Source: a bacterium
GTDB lineage: Bacteria > Patescibacteriota > Saccharimonadia > Saccharimonadales > SZUA-47
Direction: 5' to 3'
Length of the DNA: 64,000 bases
Assembly: GCA_030427125.1 (NCBI GenBank)
Contig: JAUHXF010000001.1
Coordinates: 19,091-83,090, forward strand
The translations under genes were made by a program, and so were the position numbers. This document shows positions 25,715 through 34,471 of this stretch, piece after piece (within the stretch, counting starts at the first letter, position 1; the number at the start of each line of letters is the position of its first letter). Below the pieces are notes generated by a model, which was given only the letters and a program-made list of their open reading frames with translations, made no database searches and was not told the DNA's origin.

Positions 25715-27361
25715 ATGAGTGTCGGGCAACACTTGAGTGAGGTGAGTTTAGATAAATACGAACAGGAACTACTACAAGATCCTGGTATTCAAGATGCGTA
25801 TGTAGATTTTGAGATGCAACGATTAGATGAGCAGCTTCTTGCACAGAATCGACTGCTCACGGAAGTCGACCATTTACTTGCGCTTCGCGTAGGGCCAAAT
25901 CAATTTGTCGATACTAAAGACGTTTTACAAAACATGGAAACGTCTATGCAAGAACAGGCTATGCCGTATGCGGTTACGACAACTGAGCATGATATTGATA
26001 TAGAAAAAAACACAAAAGAAAGAATTGTGCGTTGGCTCGGGATGACAGCGGTACAGGTGGCCGTATCGGGCTATGACTTTCATGCGCATGAGTCAGCTAG
26101 AGAACGCGTAGCAGTAGAGATTGACGAAGCGTACAGGGCCTCAACGCATCAGGATGACGGTACGATGCGGGTGTTTGTATCACCACGTATGAGCCGAAAG
26201 GATGCAAGTCTAGAAGTAGCTCGCAGTGAGCACCTCGGTGACGACGATGCTATTCGTGTGAGCTGGGTAAAAACTCTTCCAGACGGATCACAAAAACGAG
26301 TTCTGCAGTCGATCCTTGTACGGGATATTCCACTGTCAGCTTGGGTGGCAATGTTTGAAGATTCAAACAATATTTTCGGTAGGTCGATGAGTGTTGAAGA
26401 TTCTGAGTCTGCCTTATCAATTATGAAGCTGCATGACCAGCTCGATATCGATATGGATAAGTTACCCCATGGTCCAATCTCAGTAATAGAGGCTGTAATA
26501 CCGTACATAGATGATGCTCAGATACGTATGAAGGTTATCGAACAGTCTAAGAAGTACTATGGAGATCAAACTGCGATGCAGCGCGAAGCTGAAGCAAAAG
26601 CGAAGGAATGGTTGGTGTTTGATAAAGAGCTCGCAGAGAGTCTCTATAACGAACAAGCAACTTCGAAAATAAAGAGCTTCGTTTATTCACTGCAACATGA
26701 GTGGAGCAAGAAAGATCTTGCTACGCTGAAACGTCACGAGCTGCCATATGCAGGGTATCGAATGACCAGAGAGTTAGCGGCGATGCTTGAAAGTGCACAG
26801 CAAAAAATCCTGGCAGGGCGTGCAGCGTTAACGTCAAACCCAGAGTATGTCTTGAAAAAACTAGGTGGGGATACAAGGCAGTTACAACAATTGCAAGACG
26901 TCGAGAGGTTGATCGCAGTAGCTCGACATGAAGGTATGAATCAAAATCAATTACTCGCTATGCATGTGAGAGCAATTGCAAGCAATAATATTGATGGTGG
27001 TGGTGGTGGGTGCGCTGGTAGTAGCTCAACTGAATTTGGAAAAGAAGATGATCCATTTAATGACGAATATAAAGGTTTTACTGAGTCTGTATTTGATTGG
27101 CAAGAATCTGAGCAAACTGAAGATGGCGGCGCGTGTGAATACAGCGGGACTTTCTGCTACTGCTGCCCTTACAATAGCGATGGTTCCGACGCTTCAAAAC
27201 CGTATGAGGTAACAATTATTCGAGACGAAAAAGGAACTGCTCGTTGTACTCGTGGTGGGTGTGGAGCGACGATGAAAGGCGATACTGTTACAGACAAAGG
27301 TGGGATTTACAAAAAAGCGCAGGAGCATAGGAAAAATGAACAATTTACCGTCGCAGCCTAA
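25715..27361 (+). CDS. Hypothetical 548-aa cytoplasmic protein with C-terminal Gly/Cys-rich module
   Basis: Long clean ORF with no TM segments. The C-terminus has GGGGGCAGS, then C-x6-CYCC, then C-x4-C. I recognise no family. Confidence 0.6.
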   Translation: MSVGQHLSEVSLDKYEQELLQDPGIQDAYVDFEMQRLDEQLLAQNRLLTEVDHLLALRVGPNQFVDTKDVLQNMETSMQEQAMPYAVTTTEHDIDIEKNTKERIVRWLGMTAVQVAVSGYDFHAHESARERVAVEIDEAYRASTHQDDGTMRVFVSPRMSRKDASLEVARSEHLGDDDAIRVSWVKTLPDGSQKRVLQSILVRDIPLSAWVAMFEDSNNIFGRSMSVEDSESALSIMKLHDQLDIDMDKLPHGPISVIEAVIPYIDDAQIRMKVIEQSKKYYGDQTAMQREAEAKAKEWLVFDKELAESLYNEQATSKIKSFVYSLQHEWSKKDLATLKRHELPYAGYRMTRELAAMLESAQQKILAGRAALTSNPEYVLKKLGGDTRQLQQLQDVERLIAVARHEGMNQNQLLAMHVRAIASNNIDGGGGGCAGSSSTEFGKEDDPFNDEYKGFTESVFDWQESEQTEDGGACEYSGTFCYCCPYNSDGSDASKPYEVTIIRDEKGTARCTRGGCGATMKGDTVTDKGGIYKKAQEHRKNEQFTVAA

Positions 27362-27512
27362 GCAAAGCAACCATAAGGAGAAGACGTGTTCACTCGAATA
27401 CTTCTGCGAAATGTGCGACTACTATCCGCTGTATCCGGTGCATGGTCATTACGAATGTCCGCAATGCTACTACAAGACAAAATGCTGCGAAGGCATGCCA
27501 CTTGAACAGTAA
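27336..27512 (+). CDS. Small zinc-ribbon protein (58 aa)
   Basis: CEMC-x15-CPQC plus a terminal CC. It overlaps the 3' end of the upstream ORF. AGGAGCATAGGA lies upstream. An alternative start is at 27300. Confidence 0.5.
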   Translation: MNNLPSQPKQSNHKEKTCSLEYFCEMCDYYPLYPVHGHYECPQCYYKTKCCEGMPLEQ

Positions 27513-27518
27513 GAATTG

Positions 27519-27524
27519 TATACT
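27519..27524 (+). promoter_or_regulatory. -10 box (TATACT) 6 nt upstream of the nadD ATG; leaderless mRNA predicted
   Basis: TATACT-GATAGC-ATG. Confidence 0.35.
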
Positions 27525-27530
27525 GATAGC

Positions 27531-28103
27531 ATGAGAAGGATTGGATTGTTTCCAGGTACGTTTGATCCGATACACGAAGGACACATTGAAGTTGCGCGCT
27601 CAGCGCTAGAAATGCTTGGTCTAGATAGAATCTTTTTCCTTGTAGAAGAGAAGCCCTGGGGCGATAAACACCCAATAGAGGTTGCGCATAGACGCAAGAT
27701 GGTTGATGTGGCAACAAGTAGTGACGACAGAATTTCTCAATTAGTTACTATTGGTGATCATTTTACTATTGGTGAGACACTGCCTTCTCTTGAGCAGTTG
27801 TTCCCCGAAGACGAGCTATATTTTATTTTTGGCGCAGATGTATTCATACACATGAACCCCGAACAGTGGCCGGGGTTAGAAGAAATTTTCAAGCACTATA
27901 TTGTTGTTTTTGAGCGGGGAGTTTTGACAGAAAAGAGAATATCAGAGCATGCTCGCAATATTGGTGTCGCTACCGCTATTGTACCCTCAACACACCCGCA
28001 GCATTCTTCAACTGACGTCCGATTAGAAGCGCATAACAAGGCAGTTTGGGTCCCGGAGTCGGTAGCTCTGTACATAGAAGAGCACAGTTTATATCAAGCT
28101 TAA
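27531..28103 (+). CDS. nadD: Nicotinate-nucleotide adenylyltransferase
   Basis: MRRIGLFPGTFDPIHEGH (the (H/T)xGH nucleotidyltransferase motif). I prefer the ATG at 27531 over the TTG at 27516. Confidence 0.8.
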   Translation: MRRIGLFPGTFDPIHEGHIEVARSALEMLGLDRIFFLVEEKPWGDKHPIEVAHRRKMVDVATSSDDRISQLVTIGDHFTIGETLPSLEQLFPEDELYFIFGADVFIHMNPEQWPGLEEIFKHYIVVFERGVLTEKRISEHARNIGVATAIVPSTHPQHSSTDVRLEAHNKAVWVPESVALYIEEHSLYQA

Positions 28104-29800
28104 AGTGTCTCTGTCTCGCTGTCGTTAAAATGCGTTTGTAAATACGCGAGGTGCTTATCTCGGAACTTGCGAAATTCAGCTTTCTTAAAGCCATTCTTTT
28201 TTATGAAAGCACCAATTTTTTCTGAGCCAATGTAGTGAGGAAGCATGACATAACCTGCGCCCATCTCGTATAGCTCGGCTGCCTCTGCGATACCGTCTGC
28301 GTGACAGATAAGAGTACAGTTAGGATTCATAATGTCGAGAGTGCGGATTAAGAACTTATTCGTCTCAAAGTCAGTGACAACAGAAACAACTAACTTAACG
28401 TTGCTGATGCCTGCTTCGTCTAATAGTTCTAGGTCTGTCATATCACCGTATAGGTAGTGGACATTGTTTTTTTCAAGGGATTCAATGACTTCTGGGTCGT
28501 AGTCTATGACAGAAAAGCGTTTGCCGAGCTTTTTAAAGACTTTTATAAATTCTAGTCCACCTTTCTTATAACCGAAGAGCAACACTTCGTTATCGCGTCT
28601 GCGTTTATGCTCATTTTTCGTTTTCTTGCGCTCAAAAATTGATAAGTATTTTTCTACTTTGAGATAAATTTTTTCATCGTACAGAATGATATATGAAGAT
28701 ACCGCAATCGTGATGAGACCAACCACCGTCATGAGTGACAATACCTCGGCGTCTACTTGTCCTGATTTTTCTGCTAGCAGCAACAGAACAAGAGAGAACT
28801 CACTAATTTGTGCTACTGCAAGCGAAGTCTTGAAACTCGTTTTCTTTGTGTAACCAAGGAATCCCATAATGGACATCACAATAATTGGATTTCCAATAAG
28901 CACAAACGCAGACAATAGCAACGCAACAGGAAGGACTTCAAGAATGTTACTTAGATCAAGCTTAGAACCTAGGACGACAAAGAATAGCACTATAAAGAAG
29001 TCACGAAGCGGTTTTAGGCGTGATGCCGCCTCTTGGGCATATGGAAGTTGTGCGAGCGCAACGCCTGCTGCTAGTGCTCCAACTTCAAGCGAGAAGCCAG
29101 CTTTGTAAAAGACTGCACTGATACCAATACCCCACGATATTGCAAAAAGGAATAGCATTTCTTGTGAGCCGGCGATTGTTTTTTGAAGTAGGGGGAGTAT
29201 ACGCGAAACGAATAGATACAAGGCAGCAACTATCATCGCACCTTTTATGACAAGCAGCATCAAATCATTTGTATCGAGGCCCCCTTTACTGTTTGCGCTG
29301 ACGTATAACAACGCGAAAGTCGCAAGAATATCTTGAACAAGCAGGAATCCAGTTGCGATCTTACCGTGTAATCGTGTTTGCTCTTTCTTGTCGCTTAGAA
29401 GCTTGAGGATAATAATAGTACTTGAGAACGCTAGACCTATTGCAACGTACAAAGAGGCTTGGCTGCTTAAATCTGTTAATGCAGTAACTAGTAAAAATCC
29501 AATACTTGTCGTAAATGCAACTTGTCCCAGACCTGTTAGTACTGCTACTTTTCCAACCTCCTTTATGACTTTGGGGTTTAATCCTAGTCCAACAAGGAAT
29601 AATAGGAGTGCGATGCCCATATCAGAGAAAACAGTCAATGTTTCGCTCTCTGTGACGATATCAAAAACAGTTGGTCCTACAAGTAACCCGGTAATAATAT
29701 GGCCGATAATAAGCGGTTGGCGTAGTAGGCGCATGATTAGCGCGACGCCTGTTCCTATAGCGACAATAAGGCTAAGCTCGAGAAATAGACTATGTTCCAT
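28100..29800 (-). CDS. Cation:proton antiporter (CPA2/Kef-type) with C-terminal RCK/TrkA-N-like domain
   Basis: 566 aa. About 12 TM helices of the Na+/H+-exchanger type, followed by a soluble domain (VLLFGYKKGG...). Confidence 0.8.
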   Translation of the reverse strand: MEHSLFLELSLIVAIGTGVALIMRLLRQPLIIGHIITGLLVGPTVFDIVTESETLTVFSDMGIALLLFLVGLGLNPKVIKEVGKVAVLTGLGQVAFTTSIGFLLVTALTDLSSQASLYVAIGLAFSSTIIILKLLSDKKEQTRLHGKIATGFLLVQDILATFALLYVSANSKGGLDTNDLMLLVIKGAMIVAALYLFVSRILPLLQKTIAGSQEMLFLFAISWGIGISAVFYKAGFSLEVGALAAGVALAQLPYAQEAASRLKPLRDFFIVLFFVVLGSKLDLSNILEVLPVALLLSAFVLIGNPIIVMSIMGFLGYTKKTSFKTSLAVAQISEFSLVLLLLAEKSGQVDAEVLSLMTVVGLITIAVSSYIILYDEKIYLKVEKYLSIFERKKTKNEHKRRRDNEVLLFGYKKGGLEFIKVFKKLGKRFSVIDYDPEVIESLEKNNVHYLYGDMTDLELLDEAGISNVKLVVSVVTDFETNKFLIRTLDIMNPNCTLICHADGIAEAAELYEMGAGYVMLPHYIGSEKIGAFIKKNGFKKAEFRKFRDKHLAYLQTHFNDSETETL

Positions 29801-30103
29801 AAATATTTTTTATTTTAAATTTGCTATTAACAGTTTACATCAGGGAAGATATATTGACAATACTGCTCATGCTTGTGCTACACTAGAAGTACTTTCCGAG
29901 GTTTTGGGAAACTTAGTAGATACGTCTAAGGTCGCCAAAGGAAGATAAAAACGTTAAAACAAATGCGAGAGAAGGGATGATGTGATTTATTCATGTCTGT
30001 CAAAATATCTGCGCCCCGCAGTCGAACGTACAAGATAAAAGTTATTGTAAAACGAGCACGTTGGCAAAACTATATCGCGTTCCAGTAATAAGGCGTATTA
30101 ACT

Positions 30104-30137
30104 AAAAAGAGAGCAATCTGCGGGATGCTCTCTTTTT
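30104..30137. terminator. Bidirectional intrinsic terminator
   Basis: AAAGAGAGCA (30106-15) pairs with TGCTCTCTTT (30126-35). It is flanked by an A-tract and a T-tract. Confidence 0.7.
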
Positions 30138-30159
30138 AATTTATCGAAGGTTATTATTA

Positions 30160-30870
30160 TTATTCTTCTTCTTCTGGAGCGGTTGCTTCTTCTTGTGTTG
30201 GCGCTTCAGGCTCCGAGTCGTCGCTCGTCTGACCTAATGCTTCCTCTAGCACCGCGGTGAAACCTTCGACTGATGCAAGTTGGTTTGAGTCTTCAAATAG
30301 TTCGCCATTGATATAGAACGTCGGCGTACTTTCAACGCCATTTTCTCTGCCGAGTGAAATATCAGCATTTATCGTACCGATTGTTTCTGATGCTTGTACG
30401 TCTGTATCGTATTGTTCGAGATCAAGTTGTAATTCTTCAGCATAGCCTCTAAACGTTTCAGCTGCATTGGTGTTTGTGAAGCCGCCGCTACCGGTGCTCT
30501 GGGCAGCCCATGAGCTCTGTCGTTGGAACAATAGGTCATGCATCTCCCAGAATTTACCTTGCTGAGCTGCTGCTTGTGCTGCGCGATGCGCGGCAATTGA
30601 ATTTGGGTGAATCGATACAAGCGGGAAGTGCTTAAATTCGAACTTAACCTGGTCTTTAAACTGTTCTTTTACCTGACTAACTATTGGGTAGAATTGAGCA
30701 CATGCTGGACATTCAAAATCGGCATATTCAGTTACGACGACCTCTGCGCTTTCTGGTCCATAGAAGTTATTCGATACTGCGCCGGCGGTTTCTTCGTCAC
30801 CTCCACCAAGCAACACTGCCGCGCCAATGACACCAACTACTGCAACGATAATTATTATTATTTGCTTCAC
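30160..30870 (-). CDS. DsbA-family thiol:disulfide oxidoreductase with acidic C-terminal tail
   Basis: Signal anchor, active site CPAC in YADFECPACAQF. GTG start with GGAG upstream. Confidence 0.8.
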   Translation of the reverse strand: MKQIIIIIVAVVGVIGAAVLLGGGDEETAGAVSNNFYGPESAEVVVTEYADFECPACAQFYPIVSQVKEQFKDQVKFEFKHFPLVSIHPNSIAAHRAAQAAAQQGKFWEMHDLLFQRQSSWAAQSTGSGGFTNTNAAETFRGYAEELQLDLEQYDTDVQASETIGTINADISLGRENGVESTPTFYINGELFEDSNQLASVEGFTAVLEEALGQTSDDSEPEAPTQEEATAPEEEE

Positions 30871-30947
30871 GTTTTTACTCCATTAACTAACGTTATTATA
30901 AACGACGAGCCTTGCAGGTTACTAACGAATAAGCGAGAATATGAAAT

Positions 30948-31994
30948 ATGAATGACGTTTTCTATATTACTTTGTTGCTATTTGCAACTTGTGTGTCAGC
31001 GATTAGTGCAGGTGTCAGCACCGGTGTATTTAGTCTCAACAAGTATCAGCTGAAACGAAAGGCACAGTTCGGTGACGCGAACGCAAAGCTAGTCTTCTCG
31101 TTGTTTTCGAGGCGTTTTCAGCTTATGTCGGCATTACTTATCACAAATATTTTGGCAAATACAACAATCGTCGTCCTCGTAAATGCAAAAGTCAGTGGTT
31201 TTTTTGCTGTTTTGCTGAGCACCATTGTTATTTTATTTTTTGGTGAGCTGTTGCCGATGGTATACATCAAGAAAAATGTCGTGTATGTCGCCGCAAAGCT
31301 ATACCCTGTTTTATCTAAGCTTATGAGTATCACAGAGCCGTTTACGAAAAGGCTGGGTAGTTTGTTTGATAATTGGGTCGGCAATGATTCACAGGTTATC
31401 TACAGCAAAGAAGAGCTACAGAAAATGCTTGATGGGCAAGAACTGTCGAAGAATAGTGATATTGCTGCCGATGAGGCACGAATGATACGTAAAGTACTAG
31501 AGTTTGGCGACAAAAAAATACGAGACGTAATGACGCCGCAGCGCATGGTGAAACTTGTCACGCAAACTGATGAAATTGGCCCTATTCTCATGGGTGAGCT
31601 ACACGACTCTGGTCATTCACGTTTTCCAGTTGTCGCTGATATGAAACATACGAATTTTGTTGGGACACTATACCTACGAGACCTTGTTATGGAGTCAAAA
31701 GCGAAAGTGGTAAAAGAGATTATGAGTCCACACGTTCGCTATGTACACGAAGAGGAGTCGCTAGATCACGCACTTCGTGCTTTTATAAAACTGAAACATC
31801 ATTTGTTTGTTGTCGTGAATAATTTCGAAGAATTTGTTGGCGTGTTGAGTATCGAAGATGTATTAGAGGAAATAATTGGCAAAGAAATAGTAGATGAGTT
31901 CGATGAGCATGATAATTTGCGAAAAGTTGCACAATCGATTGCTGAAAAGGAAAAGAAACAGCGCCAAGAACACGCCAAAACAGATAAAAAATGA
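30948..31994 (+). CDS. CNNM (DUF21) plus CBS-pair domain membrane protein (hemolysin/CorC family)
   Basis: N-terminal four-TM DUF21 followed by a CBS pair (IRDVMTP..., VKEIMSP...). Confidence 0.75.
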   Translation: MNDVFYITLLLFATCVSAISAGVSTGVFSLNKYQLKRKAQFGDANAKLVFSLFSRRFQLMSALLITNILANTTIVVLVNAKVSGFFAVLLSTIVILFFGELLPMVYIKKNVVYVAAKLYPVLSKLMSITEPFTKRLGSLFDNWVGNDSQVIYSKEELQKMLDGQELSKNSDIAADEARMIRKVLEFGDKKIRDVMTPQRMVKLVTQTDEIGPILMGELHDSGHSRFPVVADMKHTNFVGTLYLRDLVMESKAKVVKEIMSPHVRYVHEEESLDHALRAFIKLKHHLFVVVNNFEEFVGVLSIEDVLEEIIGKEIVDEFDEHDNLRKVAQSIAEKEKKQRQEHAKTDKK

Positions 31995-32127
31995 TATACT
32001 ATGCCTCAATGAGACGTTATATTGCACACGATAATAATTTTGGGCTCTGCTCCTAACCGGATGCGGGTTAGGTTGCGCATGGCCCAAATGAGCTGCAACA
32101 AAACGGATAACTACTAAAGGAATAATT

Positions 32128-33876
32128 ATGAAACGAACATTATCGACTGAGACAGTTGACCGAGTCGGTCAATCGGTCGTGGTAAAAGGGTGGGTACACT
32201 CGAGGCGAGATCACGGTGGCCTGATCTTTATTGATCTTCGCGACCATAAGGGGATAGTGCAGCTTACTATTGGCGAAGATTCTTCGTCGTTTAAACTCGC
32301 AGAAAGCTTGCGGGATGAATTTGTCATTGAAGCAACTGGTACAGTTGCAGAGCGCGACGACGAACTCAAAAACTCAAATATACCAACTGGCACAATTGAA
32401 ATTATGGTTGGAAGCCTGCGGCTGTTGAACAAGTCAGAAGCCTTACCACTGCAAGTAAACTCTAATCAGCATGTAAATGAAGAACATCGGTTGAAGTATC
32501 GTTACCTAGATCTACGACGTGAAAAAATGCAATACATGCTCAGAAAACGAGCAGAGTATTTTGCATGGATGCGTAAGTACATGGACGAGCATGAATTTAT
32601 AGAAGTTACGACTCCAGTCTTGGCAAACTCTAGTCCAGAGGGAGCGCGTGATTTTCTCGTCCCGTCGAGACTTCACCCCGGACAATTCTATGCATTGCCG
32701 CAAGCACCCCAACAGTTTAAACAACTTCTCATGGTTGGCGGTGTTCCTCGCTATTATCAGATGGCTACCTGTTTCCGTGACGAAGATCCACGGGCTGATC
32801 GACTATATGGCGAGTTCTATCAACTGGACCTTGAAATGTCTTTTGTTGAAGACGGAGAAGAAGTAAGAAGTATGATGGAGCCGCTCATTGTAGACTTAGT
32901 AACGAATTTTGCTGGGAAGAAGCTACAGACTGAAGACATACCTCGAATACCGTACCAAGAAGCAATGGACCGGTATGGTTCTGATAAACCAGACCTTCGT
33001 TATAGTATGGAGCTTGTTGATTTGACCGAAGAGCTGCGAGGCTGCGGTTTCGGCGTGTTTTCTGGTGCGATTGAAAAGGGTGGCGTCGTTAAAGCGATCA
33101 GGGTTGAGAAGTCATTTAGTCGCTCAGAAATCGACAAACTCACTGATATGGCGAAAAAAGCTGGAGCAGGCGGCCTTCCCTATATGACTGTGGAGGGTGG
33201 CAAAGCAACGAGCTCAATTGCGAAGTTCTTTAACGATGATGAGCTGGAAACGATAGTTAAGAAGACAGGTGCACAAGACGGTGATATGTTGTTCTTTGGC
33301 TCTGATGCTCGCGATAAGGTAAACAAGACTCTCGGCGTGCTACGCAGCCACTTTGGCGAGGTACTCGAGCTTAAGGACACAAATATTGTTGCCCTAGCGT
33401 GGATTGTTGATTTTCCGTTCTATGAGATGGAAGACGGTAAGTTAGATTTTGGGCACAACCCGTTCAGTATGCCGAAGAATGGTATGGAAGATTTAGAGCG
33501 AGATGATAAGGAAAATATTTTAGCCGATCAGTACGATATGGTGATGAACGGCTACGAAATCTGTTCTGGTGGTGTGCGTAACCACCGTCCCGAAGTGATG
33601 TACAAAGCGTTTGCGAACCTTGGTTACGACGAAAAATACGTTGAAGACCGTTTTGGCGGCATGCTCGGTGCATTTAAGTATGGCGCTCCGCCGCATGCAG
33701 GTGCCGCGTTTGGTATTGATCGAATGTTTATGGAGCTTATGGGCGAAGATAACATTCGTGAAATTGTTGCTTTCCCAAAGAATGGTTCCGGTGTCGACGC
33801 GATGATGCAAGCACCGAATACAGTCGACGCAGTCCAGCTTTCAGAACTTTCAATTAAGACAACCCAGGCTGAATAG
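32128..33876 (+). CDS. aspS: Aspartate--tRNA ligase
   Basis: OB-fold N-terminus (GWVHSRRDHGGLIFIDLRD) and class II motifs FRDEDPRADR, GGVRNHR and GAPPHAGAAFGIDR. Confidence 0.95.
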   Translation: MKRTLSTETVDRVGQSVVVKGWVHSRRDHGGLIFIDLRDHKGIVQLTIGEDSSSFKLAESLRDEFVIEATGTVAERDDELKNSNIPTGTIEIMVGSLRLLNKSEALPLQVNSNQHVNEEHRLKYRYLDLRREKMQYMLRKRAEYFAWMRKYMDEHEFIEVTTPVLANSSPEGARDFLVPSRLHPGQFYALPQAPQQFKQLLMVGGVPRYYQMATCFRDEDPRADRLYGEFYQLDLEMSFVEDGEEVRSMMEPLIVDLVTNFAGKKLQTEDIPRIPYQEAMDRYGSDKPDLRYSMELVDLTEELRGCGFGVFSGAIEKGGVVKAIRVEKSFSRSEIDKLTDMAKKAGAGGLPYMTVEGGKATSSIAKFFNDDELETIVKKTGAQDGDMLFFGSDARDKVNKTLGVLRSHFGEVLELKDTNIVALAWIVDFPFYEMEDGKLDFGHNPFSMPKNGMEDLERDDKENILADQYDMVMNGYEICSGGVRNHRPEVMYKAFANLGYDEKYVEDRFGGMLGAFKYGAPPHAGAAFGIDRMFMELMGEDNIREIVAFPKNGSGVDAMMQAPNTVDAVQLSELSIKTTQAE

Positions 33877-34457
33877 TGCGAGAAATCCTTGGCTACGCGT
33901 CATTTGCACTATCAATGCTAGCAATGATTCCGTATGTCATTGACGTCTTAAAGGGGAATACAAAGCCTGAAAGAATTGCATGGCTATTGTGGTCAATCCT
34001 AGGGTTTATATATTTTGTTTCAGCCGTCATTGAAGATGGCGCGATTTGGTTTACACTCGGAACATTCCTAGGTCCTTTGGTTGCACTAGTTCTTTCAGTA
34101 AAATTTGGTGTTGGCGGTAAGAGCGCTTTAGACCGATGGTCGCTATTTATTGCTTCTACTGCGTTGGTATTCTTGCTTGTGACTGGTAACGCAATTATTA
34201 GTTTACTGATTGCGTTGTTCGTTGACTCTATCGGATCATTCCTAACTATTAGGAAAATATATTACGACCCAACATCTGAGTCGAAAAAAATGTGGCTCAT
34301 CTCAACAATAGCTGCGTTTCTAGGGCTGTTTTCTGTAGAAAATATTAGTTTTGAGAACTTAGCATTTCCTATATATTTAATCATAGTAACTACTACATTT
34401 ACATCAATGATTCATTTTGGTAACAGGAAAAATAAAGTCGACATCTCAGAATTGTAA
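33876..34457 (+). CDS. Hypothetical six-TM membrane protein
   Basis: 193 aa and hydrophobic. Its GTG start overlaps the aspS stop (TAGTG). Confidence 0.5.
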   Translation: MREILGYASFALSMLAMIPYVIDVLKGNTKPERIAWLLWSILGFIYFVSAVIEDGAIWFTLGTFLGPLVALVLSVKFGVGGKSALDRWSLFIASTALVFLLVTGNAIISLLIALFVDSIGSFLTIRKIYYDPTSESKKMWLISTIAAFLGLFSVENISFENLAFPIYLIIVTTTFTSMIHFGNRKNKVDISEL

Positions 34458-34471
34458 ATGGAAGGAGCGCA

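Noticed and set aside
25566-25844. 92-aa minus-strand ORF overlapping the riboswitch-like leader and the 5' end of the 548-aa gene
   Set aside because: It has no Shine-Dalgarno sequence or promoter, and its composition is odd. It lies antisense to a structured RNA and to a long, well-behaved plus-strand ORF, so it is most likely a shadow ORF.
26990-27015. G-rich run GGTGGTGGTGGTGGGTG as a possible G-quadruplex or slippery regulatory tract
   Set aside because: It sits in frame within the 548-aa ORF and simply encodes GGGGG. There are no flanking G-tracts of the regular spacing needed for a stable quadruplex.
29920-29950. SRP-RNA-like string AAGGTCGCCAAAGGAAGA
   Set aside because: It superficially resembles the domain IV AGGUCCGGAAGGAAGCAGC. 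However, there is no GNRA tetraloop, no complementary 3' strand and no long helix 5, and the region is AT-rich. I do not call it SRP RNA.
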